Origin: Leucoraja ocellata
Lineage: Eukaryota
DNA: 64,000 nucleotides
Reading direction: 5' to 3'
NCBI GenBank assembly: GCA_036785375.1
Contig: JAWMAR010000711.1
Location: 62,001-126,000 of the forward strand
Shown here: positions 49,403-61,907 of the stretch, in pieces
How the letters are laid out: each line of letters opens with the position of its first letter
Position numbering within the stretch: the first letter of the stretch is position 1
The notes under the pieces: model-generated
Seen by the model: the letters and a program-made list of their open reading frames with translations, nothing else
Databases searched by the model: none
Told to the model about the DNA's origin: nothing
Made by a program: the position numbers and the translations under genes

Positions 49403-49547
49403 CTCAGATTCCACCACTCTCGGTTGTAATCACTTTCAGGGATCCGTCCATCGAAAACCTTCCATCGCCATTGATCCATTAGGTAGCCAAATGGGAGGAA
49501 AGCAATCTTGTCCAGGGCAATGCTCATCAAGTAGTTGATATCACTCT
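49403..49547 (-). CDS. ACE: ACE exon (not in ORF track)
   Basis: 145 bp, AG/GT; [49 protein letters not shown]. Confidence 0.96.
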
Positions 49548-49769
49548 CTGCAGAAATAAACCTCCAGTCATTATGCCACTTATGGCAGTTTCATTAGCAA
49601 TAAAAACTCATTGAGTGCAGCGCTCACTCTGTGTGGACCCTGGTGAGTAGCAGATCTTTGTCGACTTTTACAGCTGGGCTTTCCTAATCTTGTCATCACC
49701 ATTTTCATATGCAAGCTAACAGTAAATTGTGATGGGAAGCAGCTGCCATCTCCCAGCTTTCTATTTGAA

Positions 49770-50350
49770 GGCACAGCTTGTAGAGATGCTGCATTACAAT
49801 GACAGAGACCCAGGTTCAAACCTGACCTCGGGTGCTGTCTGTGGAGTTTGCACCTTCTCCCTGTGACCACGTGGGTTTTCTCCAGGTGCTCTGGCTCCAT
49901 CCTACATCCCAAAATGTGCAGGTTTGTAGGTTAATTGGCCTCTGGTGCGTAAGGAGTAGATGCGGAAGTGAGATATATTAATGTGTCAACATAGACTCTT
50001 TGAGCCAAAGTGCCTGTTTCCATGCTGTACATATCTTTTAAACAATTTAATCTGCAAATGAAGAATTCATGTGGCACAGTGGCGCAGAGGTAGAGTTACT
50101 GCCTTACAATAGACAGTAGACAATAAACAGCGCCATAGGCCCAGGTTCAATCCTGACGATGGGTGCTGTCCGTGTGGAGTTTGTACGTTCTCCCCGTGGC
50201 CTGCATGGGTTTTCTCAGGGACCTCTGGTTTCCTCCCACACTCCAAGATGTACAGGTTTGTAGGTTAATTGGCTTGGTAAAATTGTAAAATTCGCCTGGT
50301 ATGTGTAGGATAGTGTTAGTGTGTGGGGATCATTGGTTGGTGCAGACCCA
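49770..50350 (+). mobile_element. Two tandem HE1/V-type SINEs (about 49770-50040 and 50073-50350)
   Basis: A box tggcgcagagg, B box ggttcaa, V core repeated. Confidence 0.75.
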
Positions 50351-51518
50351 TTATTAATTAAATTATTCTGTTTTCTGGTCAGTGAGCTAATCAGGGCAGG
50401 ATGCTGTATGTGTTACGTGATGGTGAGTTTGGAGCGCACGTTTCAGCAGGTGGTCACCTGAGAGTGCAGGCATGGAGGGGCTGGGTGTCTGCCTAGTACT
50501 TATTCAGGTGATACACAAGGACTGTCTAATCAGTGCTGCTTTGATTCCTGTCAGGGTTCAGCCAGAGTCAGGATCTCGGACCCCAGCACTGGAGATGTCT
50601 CAGCTGCACAGGAAGGAGGAAGTTCAAGAGGCAATTCTGGAGCTGGAGGAGCAGACAAGGGTTTCTGATCATCGTAGACCTGATTGCATGACGATCTGTT
50701 GCCTCTCTGGTGGCGGGTGAAGGATAATGCTGAGTGGCTGCAGGACATTCTGGGACGGGAGTGGCCAGAGATCAGGTTCCTGGGTAACACCAACAACAAA
50801 GAGATGAAATCCTGCGCGCAAAGTTTTGGACTTAAGAATGGAATTAAGTAGCAGCACCTGGAAAGTGTTAAGTCCAGAATACCACTGGATGCCACGTGTC
50901 AGTGAAATAGAAGAGTGCAGATGATTGTGTGGCTGGAGAGATGATGACAGAGATGTGCGGGGAGCAGAAGCTTTGCATTCCTGGCCCATCCTGGCAGGTT
51001 CTGAGTAAAATGGGGGAAAGTATGGTCCTGCCAGGTGGGGGGGTGTGGCACCTGCACAGGGCTGGGACAGATATGGTAGTGGGCAAGTTTGCTGCTGTTC
51101 AGAAGGGTGGGGTTAGTCAATGTACTGCAGAGCTGGGTATAGAGGTCACCACGTTGGTGAGAAAGCGGGAGCAAACAATGGAAGGAACACAGACACAAAG
51201 GGAATCAGGTAGTTATCTAAATGAAAGGAGGTCAGTGAAAAAGGTGGATGATCTGATATGTGGAGGCTGGCATTGCAGTTATTACAGAAACCTTGGGTCG
51301 AGGGGCAGCTGAGACCAGCAGGGCCAGAACCGAGTGCTGGAAGGTTGGATTCAGGTTTGTCGTTTTGTCGTTTTGTCTCGGCCAACGCAGGATCAATGTG
51401 CTGAGGAGGTTCCTTCCGTAGTGTACATTTTCCATGATTCACAGCTCAGCCACAAACAAACCAGCAACTAATTCCTCCGATTTCAAAGACATCCTGTAGT
51501 GAGTGCCATGGGATTTAC

Positions 51519-51742
51519 CTTTATTGTCCATCACCTCGTTGAGCAGCCCAATGGTTTTGAGATGTTTCGGAGTGGAGACTGACAGAGCCATTACATCACC
51601 AATGGCCTCGTGGAAACCAGGGTTAGCCCCGTCACGGAATGAGATGGGAAGGTCCTTGTACTGAAGGAAGTATTGGACGTGACCCATTTCATGGTGCACA
51701 GTCACCAGGTCGTCCATGTTCACCACAGTGCACTGCTTAATT
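51519..51742 (-). CDS. ACE: ACE exon with the zinc-binding site
   Basis: 224 bp, AG/GT; [28 protein letters not shown]...[12 protein letters not shown]. Confidence 0.98.
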
Positions 51743-51939
51743 CTGGAGGAAAAGGATCACAGAAGAATTGAAAGGCCATCAGAGTATCTTCTGAGCAATT
51801 ACTTTATGAGGAAATTATAATACAGCACAGAACGTTTCCCCTCGAAACCACATGCAGAAGTGTGTGGCAAGAATGATGGGGTCACTCTGATGAGGCTGAA
51901 TTATGTTAAAAACTTACTATGTCACTTCAACCACTGGTA

Positions 51940-52078
51940 TCTGTGATTTCACACCGCTGCTTTGAAGATTGACGCGCATGCGCACTGGCGGGCTTCTATT
52001 CACGTAATCGCTCATCGTAACTCATAAAATAAAGATCAAACTTCAAACTGGTAAGTTCTAGTTTAATCTTAACTTATT
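51940..52078 (+). mobile_element. Isolated DIRS terminal fragment
   Basis: Diverged match to the reverse complement of 62096-62232 (cacgtaatc..catcgtaact..gatcaaactt..ctggtaag..tttaatctta). Confidence 0.75.
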
Positions 52079-52817
52079 ATAGCTCCAGGGGAGGTTGGTG
52101 GCCATTAATATGTTTGGAAGGACTTGGGGAATTATTGTCCACTATGGATTGATTGTATTACTAGTTGTACTAGTAATTGTCAAATTTTTGATGGAATGAT
52201 AATGATAAGGCTGAATTATGTTAAAAATATAAGAAAATATTAAATGTATTCCTGGGCCAGCTTGCAACATATTTAGTCTCAAATCAGGCTTTTCTCCAGT
52301 AGATTAATACAGAAATGCAAGTCTAGGCTTGCCTTAGGTTATTGAGATAATGAATGACTATAACATTTGTCTACCATTTGACGAGAGAGAAAGCCCAGAT
52401 TGATCCCACTAAGGGGTATTGACAAATGGCCGATGCCTTTAATATGTAAGATATCTTGTACCTAATGTCCAATGCCTTTGAAATGTAAAGTCCTTGTACC
52501 ATATGACAAGGTGCCTTTGATGTGACACATCCTGTAGTATCCTGTGTATTCTCTGTAACTCTGACCATGACTAGTGTTTGTGGAATGTGCTAAGGTGAGA
52601 AAAAAACACTATATAATACGATGTAATTCTGTTGTTCAGAAAAGTGGATTGAGGACAGGCAAGTGTCTGTATTGGTCACTTGACTGAGGTTTCTTGCCAC
52701 TTCCATCGGTCGATAATAAGTAAAGTTTTGGAACTGGCCTACCAACCGTATTGTGAGTTGTCTGTTTATTAAGAAGCGAAGCCGTTTGATTGTTATATAA
52801 GTAACCTTCCATCGAGG

Positions 52818-53207
52818 GGATTTATCGCAGTCGCTGCCTCAAAAAGGCTGGCAGTATCATCAAAGACCCACACCATCCTGGCCACACACTCATCTCCCTG
52901 CTACCTTCAGGTAGAAGGTACAGGAGCCTGAAGACTGCAACAACCAGGTTCAGGAATAGCTACTTCCCCACAGCCATCAGGCTATTATACCTGGCTCGGA
53001 CAAAACTCTGATTATTAATAACCCATTTTCTGTTATTTGCACTTTATCAGTTTATTTATTCATGTGTGTATATATTTATATTATGGTATATGGACACACT
53101 GATCTGTTTTGTAGTAAATGCCTACTATGTTCTGTGTGCTGAAGCAAAGCAATAATTTCATTGTCCTATACAGGGACACATGACAATAAACTCACTTGAA
53201 CTTGAAC
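52818..53207 (+). mobile_element. Rex1/Babar-type 3' end with (ACTTGA)n tail
   Basis: IIKDPHHPGHTLISLLPSGRRYRSLKTATTRFRNSYFP. Confidence 0.8.
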
Positions 53208-53927
53208 TTTTTCAACCCTCTACCTTGGTGTGGTCTGCACCCTGGCGCATGATGTAATGGAAACACCGGCCACTACTTTGCTCCCAGTGTATATTGTGCA
53301 TGAGAAGGCAGTCGTATTCGTAGGTGTATTCTTGCAGGGAAGTGTGAGACCAATTTGCCAAGAATTCTGCGAGCTATTGATTACACACCAGTCGCCAACC
53401 AGTTTGCTCTGTAATAGCTGGCATGCACAGTCAGAGAAGCACAATTGTCCTTTGGAACAAAGGTCAGAGACCTGCTGGCATTTCTGCTGATCTCACCAGG
53501 TACTTTGTGGATGGAGAAATGTCTCATCCTTCTCCTCCTTGTGGAATCCCTAGCTAATGCTGAGAACTATAATCTGTACTCTGTATCCTCCCCTTTGCTC
53601 TATCTACTTTACGTGAGTTTGCCTTGGTTGTATTTATGGATGGTATATCTTATCAGTTTGGGTAGCATGAAAACAAAGGTTTTCACTGCACCTCAATGAT
53701 AAACCTAAACCCAGCCCCAAAACCTGTTAGTACTCCAGTTGAACAGCAATTTCCAACTCCCACCCTATTTCCCGAATAGAGTAGCTGTTTCACGCAACAA
53801 AGGGGAAGAGAAAGTATATTCTGAGTTTTAATCTAACCCAAATCTATCTATTAACCCTCATATGTAAATAGATTATCCGTTCACTTGTGGAAGTCTAGTA
53901 TAATGACTCCACTGGCCTGACACTCAC

Positions 53928-54097
53928 CGGAAGTCCTTGCGGTTGAAGAAGTCCCAGGCAGAGGCATGACACACCACTTCTCGGTTCGCTGGTTTCTCCA
54001 GCATTGACTTATTCCAGAACTCTTCTGGCATTTTTATGAGGCCAAGCGACTGGAAGAACTTGTCTGATTCCTGAAACATTTTTACGGGAGTCCATTT
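53928..54097 (-). CDS. ACE: ACE exon (not in ORF track)
   Basis: 170 bp, AG/GT; [57 protein letters not shown]. Confidence 0.96.
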
Positions 54098-54870
54098 CTG
54101 TTAAAGAGAGAATAAGGCGTTACAGGCAAAAGGATCAGCCAAACCAAATAGCTTTAGGCTGTCTTTCTATCAGGCTACAAAAAAACAAACTGCTGGTGGA
54201 ACTCAATGGGTCAGCCAGCAGTTTGGAAAGCAAAATGGGCCGGCGACCTTTCAGGCTGAGACACTTCTTCAGACTGATTGAATAGGAGGAAGTAAACTAG
54301 GAAAGAGAGGTGGGTAAGTGGGGCAATAACAGGCAAGTGATAGGTGGGAGAGGGGTGATTGGCAGATATGTGGAGATTGATGTGGGATTTCATTAGGCAT
54401 GGATCGGATTGTGATCCTCTGCGCAGGTTTGTTCAGGACTTTTCTTTGGTTGTGATTAGATGGGATCCTGTTGTCCAAGTCTGGATTGGGTTCTCCCTGA
54501 TTCACGGTTGCACTGGGAGATTGCATCATGAGACGGGATATCACTGTAAATGTTTCAATGTGCGATTGGATTGGGAACAGATTTTGGATGGGTTGGCAAT
54601 AGGATTTAGCTGTTCGATTAGATTGGTTCTAACGATGCAGTGGTTGGTGTGCCAAGGCCTGGTTTGGGAGATCACTGGATGGGTGATTTAGATCCAGCTG
54701 CAAAAATAGATTTGGCCCAAACTGTGCAGGGATGTGATGGTTGGAGTGTGACCTGACTGTGAGGGGATTGAGATGACATTGTTTGGTTGGGTTAGGAATT
54801 CAATATGCAATGGCCGCTTTGGAGTCTTCCTGTGCATGGGATGGTGTACAACTGTCCTATCCATCTGTAG

Positions 54871-54977
54871 GTTACACAGAAAAGCTGGAGAAACTCAGCG
54901 GGTGCAGCAGCATCTATGGAGCGAAGGAAATAGGCAACGTTTCGGGCCGAAACCCTTCTTCAGACTGATCAGGGGTG
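54871..54977 (-). mobile_element. 107-bp PLE-terminus insertion with intact hammerhead motif (54936-54963)
   Basis: 12-bp TSD ATCCATCTGTAG (54859-54870, 54978-54989); minus strand CTGAAGAAGGGTTTCGGCCCGAAACGTT. Confidence 0.85.
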
Positions 54978-55242
54978 ATCCATCTGTAGACTGGGACCTC
55001 AGAGTGTGTCGAGGGGTTTGACTATGTAGTGATTAGACCATGATCTGCTTGTGCAGTTGTTGCTCTTACAAAGCAACTATTGCATTGGGATCTTACAGTA
55101 CAGTTGCTGGGGTTAGATCTTACTGTCTCATGGGGTAGGAATGGATTGTGATCTCCGACACCCATGCGACCATTCTGTGTGGCTGTAGGTTTAGTGAGGT
55201 CACATATTCCAGACCATGAGACCTCCAAACCTCATCCAGACC

Positions 55243-55628
55243 TCTTATAGAAACTTACAAAATTCTTAAGGGGTTGGACAGGCTAGATGCAGGAAGATTG
55301 TTCCCGATGTTGGGGAAGTCCAGAACAAGTGGTCACAGTTTAAGGATAAGGGGGAAATCATTTAGGACCGAGATGAGAAAAACATTTTTCACACAGAAAG
55401 TGGTGAATCTCTGGAATTCTCTGCCACAGAAGGTAGTTGAGGCCAGTTCATTGGCTATATTTAAGAGTGAGTTAGATGTGGCCCTTGTGGCTAAAGGGAC
55501 CAGGGGGTATGGAGAGAAGGCAGGTACAGGATACTGAGTTGGATGATCAGCCATGATCATATTGAATGGCGGTGCAGGCTCGAAGGGCCGAATGGCCTAC
55601 TCCTGCACCTATTTTCTATGTTTCTATG
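55243..55628 (+). mobile_element. CR1 3' end, about 30 bp from an ACE splice donor
   Basis: DRLDAGRLFPMLGKSRT...; (tttctatg)2 tail. Confidence 0.9.
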
Positions 55629-55657
55629 ATTCACTCCCTTCAGCGGACAAAACTAAC

Positions 55658-55755
55658 CTGTTTGATCATTTCAGGGGTAGCATCAACATGACTGGCATCC
55701 GGGTAGGGCATCAGCAGTTTGTAGATGTTATTCCATGACTGAGCCCACATGTTAC
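55658..55755 (-). CDS. ACE: ACE exon (not in ORF track)
   Basis: 98 bp, AG/GT; GNMWAQSWNNIYKLLMPYPDASHVDATPEMIKQ. Confidence 0.95.
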
Positions 55756-57683
55756 CTGACAGCACAGAGAGATAACATTAACCACAAATGACCATCATAA
55801 TCAGTGCCTGGATTGCATTTCTCTTTATCATCTCAGAATGCTGGCAGAAGCTGCCATGGAACAAAATATTGCCTTCTGTCCATTCCCTGTGACACGAAGG
55901 GGAGCACTCTTACCCAGGAGCTGGGAGTTTGCTGCTTCGAGTTTTCATGAAATCAAGGTCTTATTTATTTTCCCAATGTAGCATTGTGCTGCAACATTCC
56001 ACGTACATGATGTTACTCCAGGGCCTTTTCACCCACTAAAAGATTTTAAACTTTCTGTTGTGCTAAATCAACCTTGACTGTGCCTCTCCGGGGCTTCCTG
56101 CTTTGGCAACTCACCAGTGAAGAGTGCACTGGATTTAGAAAAACGGAACCAAAGCAGCAACTGCTGGACATGTTCAGCAGGTCAAGCAACAGAGCAATTC
56201 TGTTTCAGCTCCTGTCTGTGTTGCTGAACTGTTCAGCACTTTTTTACTTTCAATTGAAACACAAAATGTACAAGTAGAGGGAGACCTTTCAGCCCAACGT
56301 GTCTTTGTTGGTTGAAAACAAACCGCCAACTTCCAGCATTGGGTCGGTAAACCCTGCACGTCACAGCATTACACCAAGTACTGGTGAATTGTGATGAGGC
56401 TTTTGGTTCCACCACCCTCTGGGGCGAAGAATCCTTTTCTTCCCTCTAATCCTTTAACCAATTACTTGAAAGTCTTTAATACTTTCTCTTAAAAGAGAAA
56501 AATTCCTTTTTCCTCTCTTATAAGGGAAATTGGTCATTTGTATTTCTTCTGTAGCGGGTCATAGATCAACACAGCACAAAACAGGCCCTTTGGCCCACCT
56601 CATCCATCCCAACCATTTTGCCCATCTACACAAATCTTGTATGCCTGCAATAGGTCCCTCATTAACTTCATAGATCTCCCCTCAGCCTCTGTTCCACAAA
56701 GAAACCAACCCACTCTCTCCGTTGTTCCTCACAACTCGGTGCAGGCAACATTATGGTGAATCCCCTCTGTTATCCCTCCAGTCCATTCACATCTTTCCTG
56801 CAATATGGTGACCAGAACTATATGTAGTATTCAAGCAGTGGCATAACTAGTGTTGTGCACAGATCCAGGATAATATTCCTGCTGCATTCCTTGATTAATA
56901 AAGGAAAGCACCCTGTGTGCCTTTTTAACCACTTTACTAATGTCTACCCTATGCATTCCCCAAATGCATTAAATCGCACTTCCTCATTTGCCACTGACCA
57001 GCCCATCTGATTCTTCCTGCAACTAAAGGTTTTCCCCCTCATTATCACAGTTGTTTTTTTGTATCACTTACAAACTTCTTTGTAAAGGTACCAACATTTA
57101 AGCCTGGTTCACATAACATGCTTCAAAGAGGCCACTATTACTGAGCCCTGTGAAATCCAACTGAAAGCTGGCTTCTTGGTGGAAAGCCTTGTTATGTCCA
57201 TGTCGATTTCATGAAAATCCATGCCCTTGTCCATCCTCTGTTATCTTCTCAAAAGATTCAAACATGTTATTCAGTCGCAAATTCATTTAACAAATGAATT
57301 TTGTTTGTCCTTGAATAATCTGTGCCATTTCTCGCAGAAATAATATTTTTTGTTGTTACCATCGGGCAAGAGGTATAGAACCCCGATATTCCACAACACC
57401 ATGTTCAGGATCTGTTGCCTGCAACCATCAGGTTCTTGAACTGACCGATCCCAGCTTAAACCTACTTTAGCAACAAAACCATGTAGACCATCTCTTGCAC
57501 TACCATTGAATTGTTTTCAAATTATGTTTTGCACTTTTTTTCTTGTTTTTACAGTATTTTTGCTTTCACCGCTTTAGAAAATGAATGTGTAATTTTTGTA
57601 TAATTTATGATTTTGTGTATTGATTGCCCAAATGTATGTGTCTGTGATGCTGCTGCAAGCTAGATTTTCATTGGGCCTGTACC

Positions 57684-57991
57684 GTTAGTTTAGTTTCGAG
57701 GTACAGCACGGAAACGGGCCCTTTGACCCACCAAGTCCGCACCGACCAGCAATTCCCACACACTAACGCAATCCTATACACAATAGGGACAATTTACATT
57801 TATACCAATTAACCTATTAACATGTACGTCTTTGGAGTCTGGGAGAAAACCAACGATCTCATAGAAAACCCACGCGGTCACGGGGAGAAAGTACAAACTT
57901 CGGACAGACAGCACCCGTAGTGGGGATGAAACCCAGGTCTCTGGCACTGTGAGCGCTGTAAGGCAGCAACTGGCTGCTCCATCGTGCCGCC
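57684..57991 (-). mobile_element. HE1/V-type SINE
   Basis: Same layout as 46802-47118. Confidence 0.8.
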
Positions 57992-59065
57992 CTCACCAAC
58001 TTTGTACAGATGGCAATAAACGCGTCGACTGATCTTGACATCCCCCTGACCCCACTACTCCTGCGTCCTGCAATATAAAGTTTGGTTGGTGTTTGCAGTG
58101 CGCATTGACTGATTTTGAATTCTTGGGTGTACCAGCCGGAAATTCATCTTTTGCTGCCAGCAAGACATGCACCAGGCAAGCCTTCATTATCACAGAGGAA
58201 ACAAGGTGCGTCTAGGCCTGTGAAGGGGAGAATGCTTAGGGTAGGTGGGGAGGTTGTGGATTTAATGAGGAGATGAGCATGTGTTAGTTGATGGTGTGGG
58301 TGCATTATGATCATTGTTTGCAGATGGGGACTGCTGTTAGGGGTGCTGCGACTGGAGAGATTGGTGCAAGGAACTGGGGACTTTCTGATTTGTTGTGTGA
58401 GGGGATGGAGCTGGTGGCTCTAGTTGATTGAGGTTGGGGAGAGGGACATTTCTAATAATTAATGAGGGGGAAGCAGAGCCTGGCGGTGTTCAGATGGTAC
58501 ACGTGAGATCACACGCCAGATGGCATTGGTGTGTAATCTCATTCAAAGTAGACTTACGAAACTGAAGATTTTTTTGAAAAATCTATGACACTCTGCCCTG
58601 CACTGGGACTAGAGGTGGGAGTGGCGCTTTGGTCAATCAGGGTTGTGGGATGGAGTCAGGGGTTGTGGGATTAGTTGGGGTTGGAAGAGCAGAATTTGAG
58701 TTGGGGAGTGGAGTGTCTGATCCATTGGAATGGGGATTAATGGCCGGAGATATTGTTGGGTTTTTGATTAGCGATCTATCTTCTTTGCTAATAAATCCCC
58801 CCAAAAAAATCACCTCTCAACTCAAATTAGCATCTTCAATTAGTTTTTTGCTAATTCTCTGCCATCTCCTGCGTCCTTAAATGTGTTTCCTGTTTATTGT
58901 GCATGTCTCAGTCTCAGTTCTTCTGATAAGGTTTCAACCCATCCACAGCATAGCAACAATGCTGTTTAAAAGCCAACAGCAACAGGTTTGGAGGGGGTGT
59001 GTTGAAAGTATACACGAAATAGCACTGAAGCCTTCTTCAAACTGCCCACATTATACACCCAAGGA

Positions 59066-59210
59066 CAGTGGCGGACTGGCCAGGGTGTCAGCTTGCCCGG
59101 TGGCAAGTGGGCCCCTGATGAAGTGGGCCACCTATATCAAGTGGGCCCCTGATGAAGTGGGCCCCCTTTGTCTCCTGGCAACCAATATTTTTAGACCCAG
59201 TCCATCACTG
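59066..59210. mobile_element. hAT-type MITE (145 bp)
   Basis: TIR CAGTGGCGGACTGG / CCAGTCCATCACTG, perfect 8-bp TSD CCCAAGGA; internal repeat aagtgggcccctgatgaagtgggcc x2. Confidence 0.85.
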
Positions 59211-59280
59211 CCCAAGGATAACTCTGGATTCAAAGCAACTGCCCTCTTGGATAACTTCATGATACAAAGATCCAACTTAC

Positions 59281-59472
59281 CCAAGAGATGGGCTGGGATT
59301 GGGCCCTTCAGGTTAATGTACTTGGCTCCATATTTCTTAAACAATGCTCTTCTGACATAAGCGTGCAGGTTCTGGTACAGAGGCTTCAGCTCATTGTAAA
59401 TATTCTCCAAGTCTGCTTCAAATGTCTTGGAATCATAGAGAGACCTCCAGAATGCTCCGGTATCATGAAAGC
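59281..59472 (-). CDS. ACE: ACE exon
   Basis: 192 bp, AG/GT; [14 protein letters not shown]...LHAYVRRAL...GPIPAHLLG. Confidence 0.96.
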
Positions 59473-60293
59473 CTGGGAAACAGGATGGGAAATAAAATAA
59501 TAGAGACTGTAACATCGGCCAGTAAATCAACTGATGGAAACAAGCACACTGAAAGATACATAGATTGGACATTATAGTAAGTAGTAAGTTGTTAATTTGG
59601 GGGCCAATTTAATTGATATGGACTCAGGGCATCAATTTACATTAGTGCGTGATCTCACTCAAAGTAAAGTTGCAATATTGTAGAATGTTTTTTTAGTCAG
59701 CTGACGTGTGCTGTCCTACCCTGGGCGTGTGTGAGAAAATAGCGTAGAGGGAGTATTTACATTATGTGTGACCAATGCCATCTCTGTCTAGCGAGTATAG
59801 GGTGGGGAGGATGGAAGGGACTTTACATCCAATCCATGTCACCCTGCCAGGGGGTATGTGTCAAGGCAGTGTGGAGGGAAGCTTCATTCTTATCTAACAA
59901 GTCTTGTCCTTGTTCTGGGAGTATGTGACAGGACAGTGTGGAGCAAGCTTTACTCTGTCAAACCTGACATTTTGGGCCCTTATCCCCAGACCCCCACTTT
60001 TTGATTTAAAAACAAATTTACTAGCATATTGCAAATTAACCTATTAGTCTCGAATACAACCCAGTTCCTGAAGAACTTGCATATAAAATCTGTGTCATCC
60101 CTACCTGTGGAGCTTCTGATATAACCATGACTAGTCCCTTGAGTATCAGAGGACAAAGGTTTAAGGTAAAGGGGAAAAGATTTAATAAGAATCTGGGGGG
60201 TAACTTTTTCACACAAAGGATGGTGGTGTATGGAACAAGCTGCCAGAGGAGGTAGTTGAGGCAAGGACTATCCCAACGTTTAAGCAACAGTTA

Positions 60294-60494
60294 AGGGCCT
60301 GTCCCACTTAATTCACGACTTAATTCACGACCTCTGCTGAGTTTGCCCTTGACTCATACTTCCAGCATCGTCGTCATGAGGTCGTAGGAGGTCGTAGGAG
60401 GTCTTAGGTAGGTCGTGATGCTAGTCGTAGGTACTCAGGGTATCAAGTAGGTTGGGGCGTGTTTTCTAGCGTGAATTAGGTCGTGACAGGCCCT
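60294..60494. mobile_element. Harbinger-like MITE inside a CR1 3' end (about 60140-60605, plus strand)
   Basis: AGGGCCTGTC..GACAGGCCCT termini, TTA/TTG flanks, gtcgtagga repeats as in the 10494 element. Confidence 0.75.
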
Positions 60495-60844
60495 TTGGAC
60501 AGGCACGTGGATCGGACAGGTTTGGAGGGATATGGAACAAACAAGTGCAGCTATGGCATGTTTGGGCTGAAGGGCCTGTTTCCACAGTGTATCACTCTAT
60601 GATTCTCTGATTGACCAGGTTCAAAATAACTCCAAGCATTTTCATAAAGAGTTCGAACAGATTTGACCAGTTTATTCAATCTGAGTACCATTAACTATAT
60701 GGGCAGAATGTAAAGTATTAGAAACAAATCAACAGTAAATAGACTTAAAAGTTACAGTATGCAATTACTGCTCCTCAAAGTCTGTCTTGACAAATGAGCT
60801 TTAGCAACTAAAAGCCCAGTCTCACTTCACGCCGAGAACCTCAC

Positions 60845-60988
60845 CGTTGAGTCTTGCCGCCTTGTTGCTTAGCTGCACGTATTTCTTGAAGTTGGTCCTC
60901 ATTTTCTTTCCTGAAGCATTTCTCCATCCTTCCCAGGCAAATAGTAGCTCGTCATAATCATTTGAGGTGGCCAAGATGTGTGTCAGAT
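60845..60988 (-). CDS. ACE: ACE exon
   Basis: 144 bp, AG/GT; DLTHILATSNDYDELLFAWEGWRNASGKKMR...AARLNG. Confidence 0.96.
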
Positions 60989-61907
60989 CTGTGGATGAAA
61001 AAAGAACGTGACACTTGGAAGAGCAGTGTACTGGTTGTTGTACCAATCGGCAAGCCCTCAGCACCTAATCGCACAGGGCAGAACACCTCACCTGGGGGCA
61101 GTTCTTCACACCAGGGCAAATCTCCACACAGCTACAGATACCCACACCAGGGATAAATCTTCAGATAGGTGCAGGTCTCGATAACCTGGGGCAGGTCTAC
61201 ACACCTGGGAAGACCACACAGGGCCATACATCTACAGCAGGGGCAGAGTTCCCCACAGGGACAGCTCACCACATCATGAGCAGTTCTCCACATCACATAC
61301 TAGGGAAGCTCAAATTCAAGTTTAATTTCTTTATTGCTAATAATTTCTGGTGGGGGGGGGGGGGGGTGGAACGGGGGGGATGGGGGTTCTCATTTTGCAC
61401 TGGACCTTTGGTTCTCCAGTTGGTTTTGGTTTGGCTTCTTCTGTAAAGATGAACACAGTGATTTCCCCTTCCCCCCTCCCCACCAACTCCAGTGCACACC
61501 CATTTCTCCCAGCTCTCTACCCCCTTCCCCCTCCCCCTTCCCCGTATATTCCTCCCTCTATCTTTACATTTCACTCCTTTTCTCATCTGACACTCATTTG
61601 CCTCCCTTTCATCTCTAGTCTTTGTCACTTGCCTGGCTTTGTTCCACTTTTCTTCCATCTTGCACCCCCCCCCCCCCACCCCCACCGCATACTACAATCA
61701 GTCTGAATAATGGTCTCGACCCAAATGTCACCCATCCGTGTCCTCCAGAGATGCTGCCTGACTTTGTGTTTTATTGAAGATGCCTACATCGGCAGAAATG
61801 GTGTCCCAGTCTCAGACTGTGAGGATGAAACGTCTTCAGTGCACGAATAACCTTTGTTAACTTGTGATTACGTCGGTGAAACAGTTGCACTGCAGACTGT
61901 AACTCAC

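Noticed and set aside
59105-59165. Two CTGATGA motifs as a hammerhead or C/D snoRNA, or the repeat as CRISPR
   Set aside because: No downstream GAAA/stem III; only two units; explained as the internal repeat of a hAT MITE with an 8-bp TSD
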